From: Octopus sinensis
Taxonomy: Eukaryota
Length of the DNA stretch: 64,000 nt
Assembly (NCBI RefSeq): GCF_006345805.1
Contig: NC_042999.1
Coordinates: forward strand, 154,070,001 to 154,134,000
Direction: 5' to 3'
Below are positions 62,421 to 64,000 of the stretch, in pieces (the stretch's first letter is position 1; each line of letters opens with the position of its first letter). The translations under genes and the position numbers were made by a program. Below the pieces are notes generated by a model. It worked only from the letters and a program-made list of their open reading frames with translations. It did no database searches and was not told the origin of the DNA.

Positions 62421-63514
62421 TAAATTCTCTTTCGAGAGAACACATACCATCTTCATTCTTCAACTTATATTTACCTCAAGTGATAAGAAATGAATAAAAG
62501 AAAAAGGAAGAAAACAAAGAAGAGAAACAATCTAAAATTAAGACATTGACTTTGTACATTTGAGTTTGAGCATTTACGGTTAATTAATTTTTCCTGTTAA
62601 GTAATATTTTTGGAATCAGAATGTGTTGTGTAGGTGTGAATATGTGTAAACTTAAATACATAAACGTACATACACAAAAAAACCTGAAGAAGGTGTTGAG
62701 AATTCAACAATGCTGCGCAGATAAATCTTAAGATATAGACACAAGCATAGCTGTGTGGTGAAGAAGCTCACTCTATAATCATATGGTTTCGAATTTGGTC
62801 CTATTGCTTGGCATTTTGGACCAGTGTCTTCCACTGTAGACCTGAGACAACCAATGTCTTCTCGGTGAATTTGGCAGATGAAACTGTCTAGATGCACATC
62901 ATGTGTGTGTGTGCGTGCGGGCACACTATGTAAAAAGTGCTAGTACCATGTAAAAAGCACCCAGTACACAGTAGAAAGTGGCAGGCATTAGGAAGGGCAT
63001 CTAGCTGTAGAAACCATGCCGAAACAGACTGTGGTACCTGGTGTGGTAGCCAGCTTTACCAGCTCCTATCAAACTGTTCAACATCACACTAGCACGGAAA
63101 ATGGACAATGTGTGTATGCGTGTCTGCCTGTCTCTCCACTGCTTGACAACTAGTGTTGGTCTGTGTAAGAAATAGACACAAGTATAGCTGTGTGGTGAAG
63201 AAGCTCACTCTGCAATCATACGGAGTTTGGTTCCATTGCTTGGCATTTTGGACCAGTGTCTTCCACTGTAGCTCTGAGACAACCAATGTCTTCTCAGTGA
63301 ATTTGGCATCCCTGTAGACTTAACAGCTCAGCAAAAGAGACCACTAGAATACGAATCAGATTCAGGAACTAGGATCAATTTGTTCACCAAAACCCTTCAA
63401 GGCAGCACCCCAGCATAGCCGCAGTCCAATCAATGAAATAAGTAACAGTTAAAAGAAGACAGGCCGTGGCTGGAATTTCAATATACAGTGCTTTGATTTT
63501 AGATTATACCTATT

Positions 63515-63738
63515 TCTTTACTACCCACAAAGGGCTAAACACAGAGAGGACAAATAAGGACAGACAAATGGATGAAGTCGATTATATCGACCCCAGTGCG
63601 TAACTTGTACTTATTTAATCGACCCCGAAAGGATGAAAGGCAAAGTCGACCTCGGAGGAATTTGAACTCAGAACAGCAGACAAAATACCACTCAGCATTT
63701 CGCCCGACATGCTAACGTTTCTGCCAGCTCGCCGCCTT
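63515..63738 (-). mobile_element. SINE type B
   Basis: Reverse complement of the full type B consensus. Confidence 0.85.
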
Positions 63739-64000
63739 CATTATACCATTTACACAGGTTGGAAATCTATTCATTCAGATATTGAAGAACCCCACAAGAA
63801 GAATGGTAACTTCATGAAGATACATGAATAGGCATGGCTGTGGAAGGGCCTTGCTTCCCAACCACATATTTCCAGGTTCAGTCCCACTGTGTGGCACCTT
63901 GGGCAAATATCTATTATAGCTTTGGTTCAATCAAAGCCTTGCTAATGGATTTGGTAAATGGAAACTGAAAGAAGCCTGTCTTTTATATTTATATATATAT

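Noticed and set aside
62448-62474. 27-nt - strand microexon GKYKLKNED
   Set aside because: Needs a rare GAG acceptor and a 47-nt following intron.

Overview
Eukaryotic, AT-rich, repeat-dominated window with no intact long ORF. The SINE/LINE families, as I recall them, point to an octopus (coleoid cephalopod) genome; this is inference, not a database result. Most of the window is tRNA-derived SINEs (four head/body types, here A-D), 5'-truncated RTE 3'-end copies ending in (GAT)n (type E), decayed RTE and CR1 LINE coding fragments, TTAA-flanked piggyBac-type MITEs, hAT, Tc1/Tigger and Helentron-like non-autonomous elements, Penelope-type fragments and microsatellites. The unique sequence holds short candidate exons on both strands; the best are + 5352-5465, + 47672-47745, + 47983-48039, - 25873-25920 and - 54566-54607. 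I cannot assign a gene name. Top leads: three minimal hammerhead-ribozyme-like motifs with variant cores, a hAT element resembling primate MER1A/Charlie3, a possible recursive splice site, symmetric phase-1 microexons, a duplicated pre-miRNA-like hairpin with structure-preserving substitutions, and inverted repeats that could be ADAR substrates. Repeat boundaries are approximate (about +/-10 bp) unless a TSD or TIR is quoted. Only representative SINE copies are listed.
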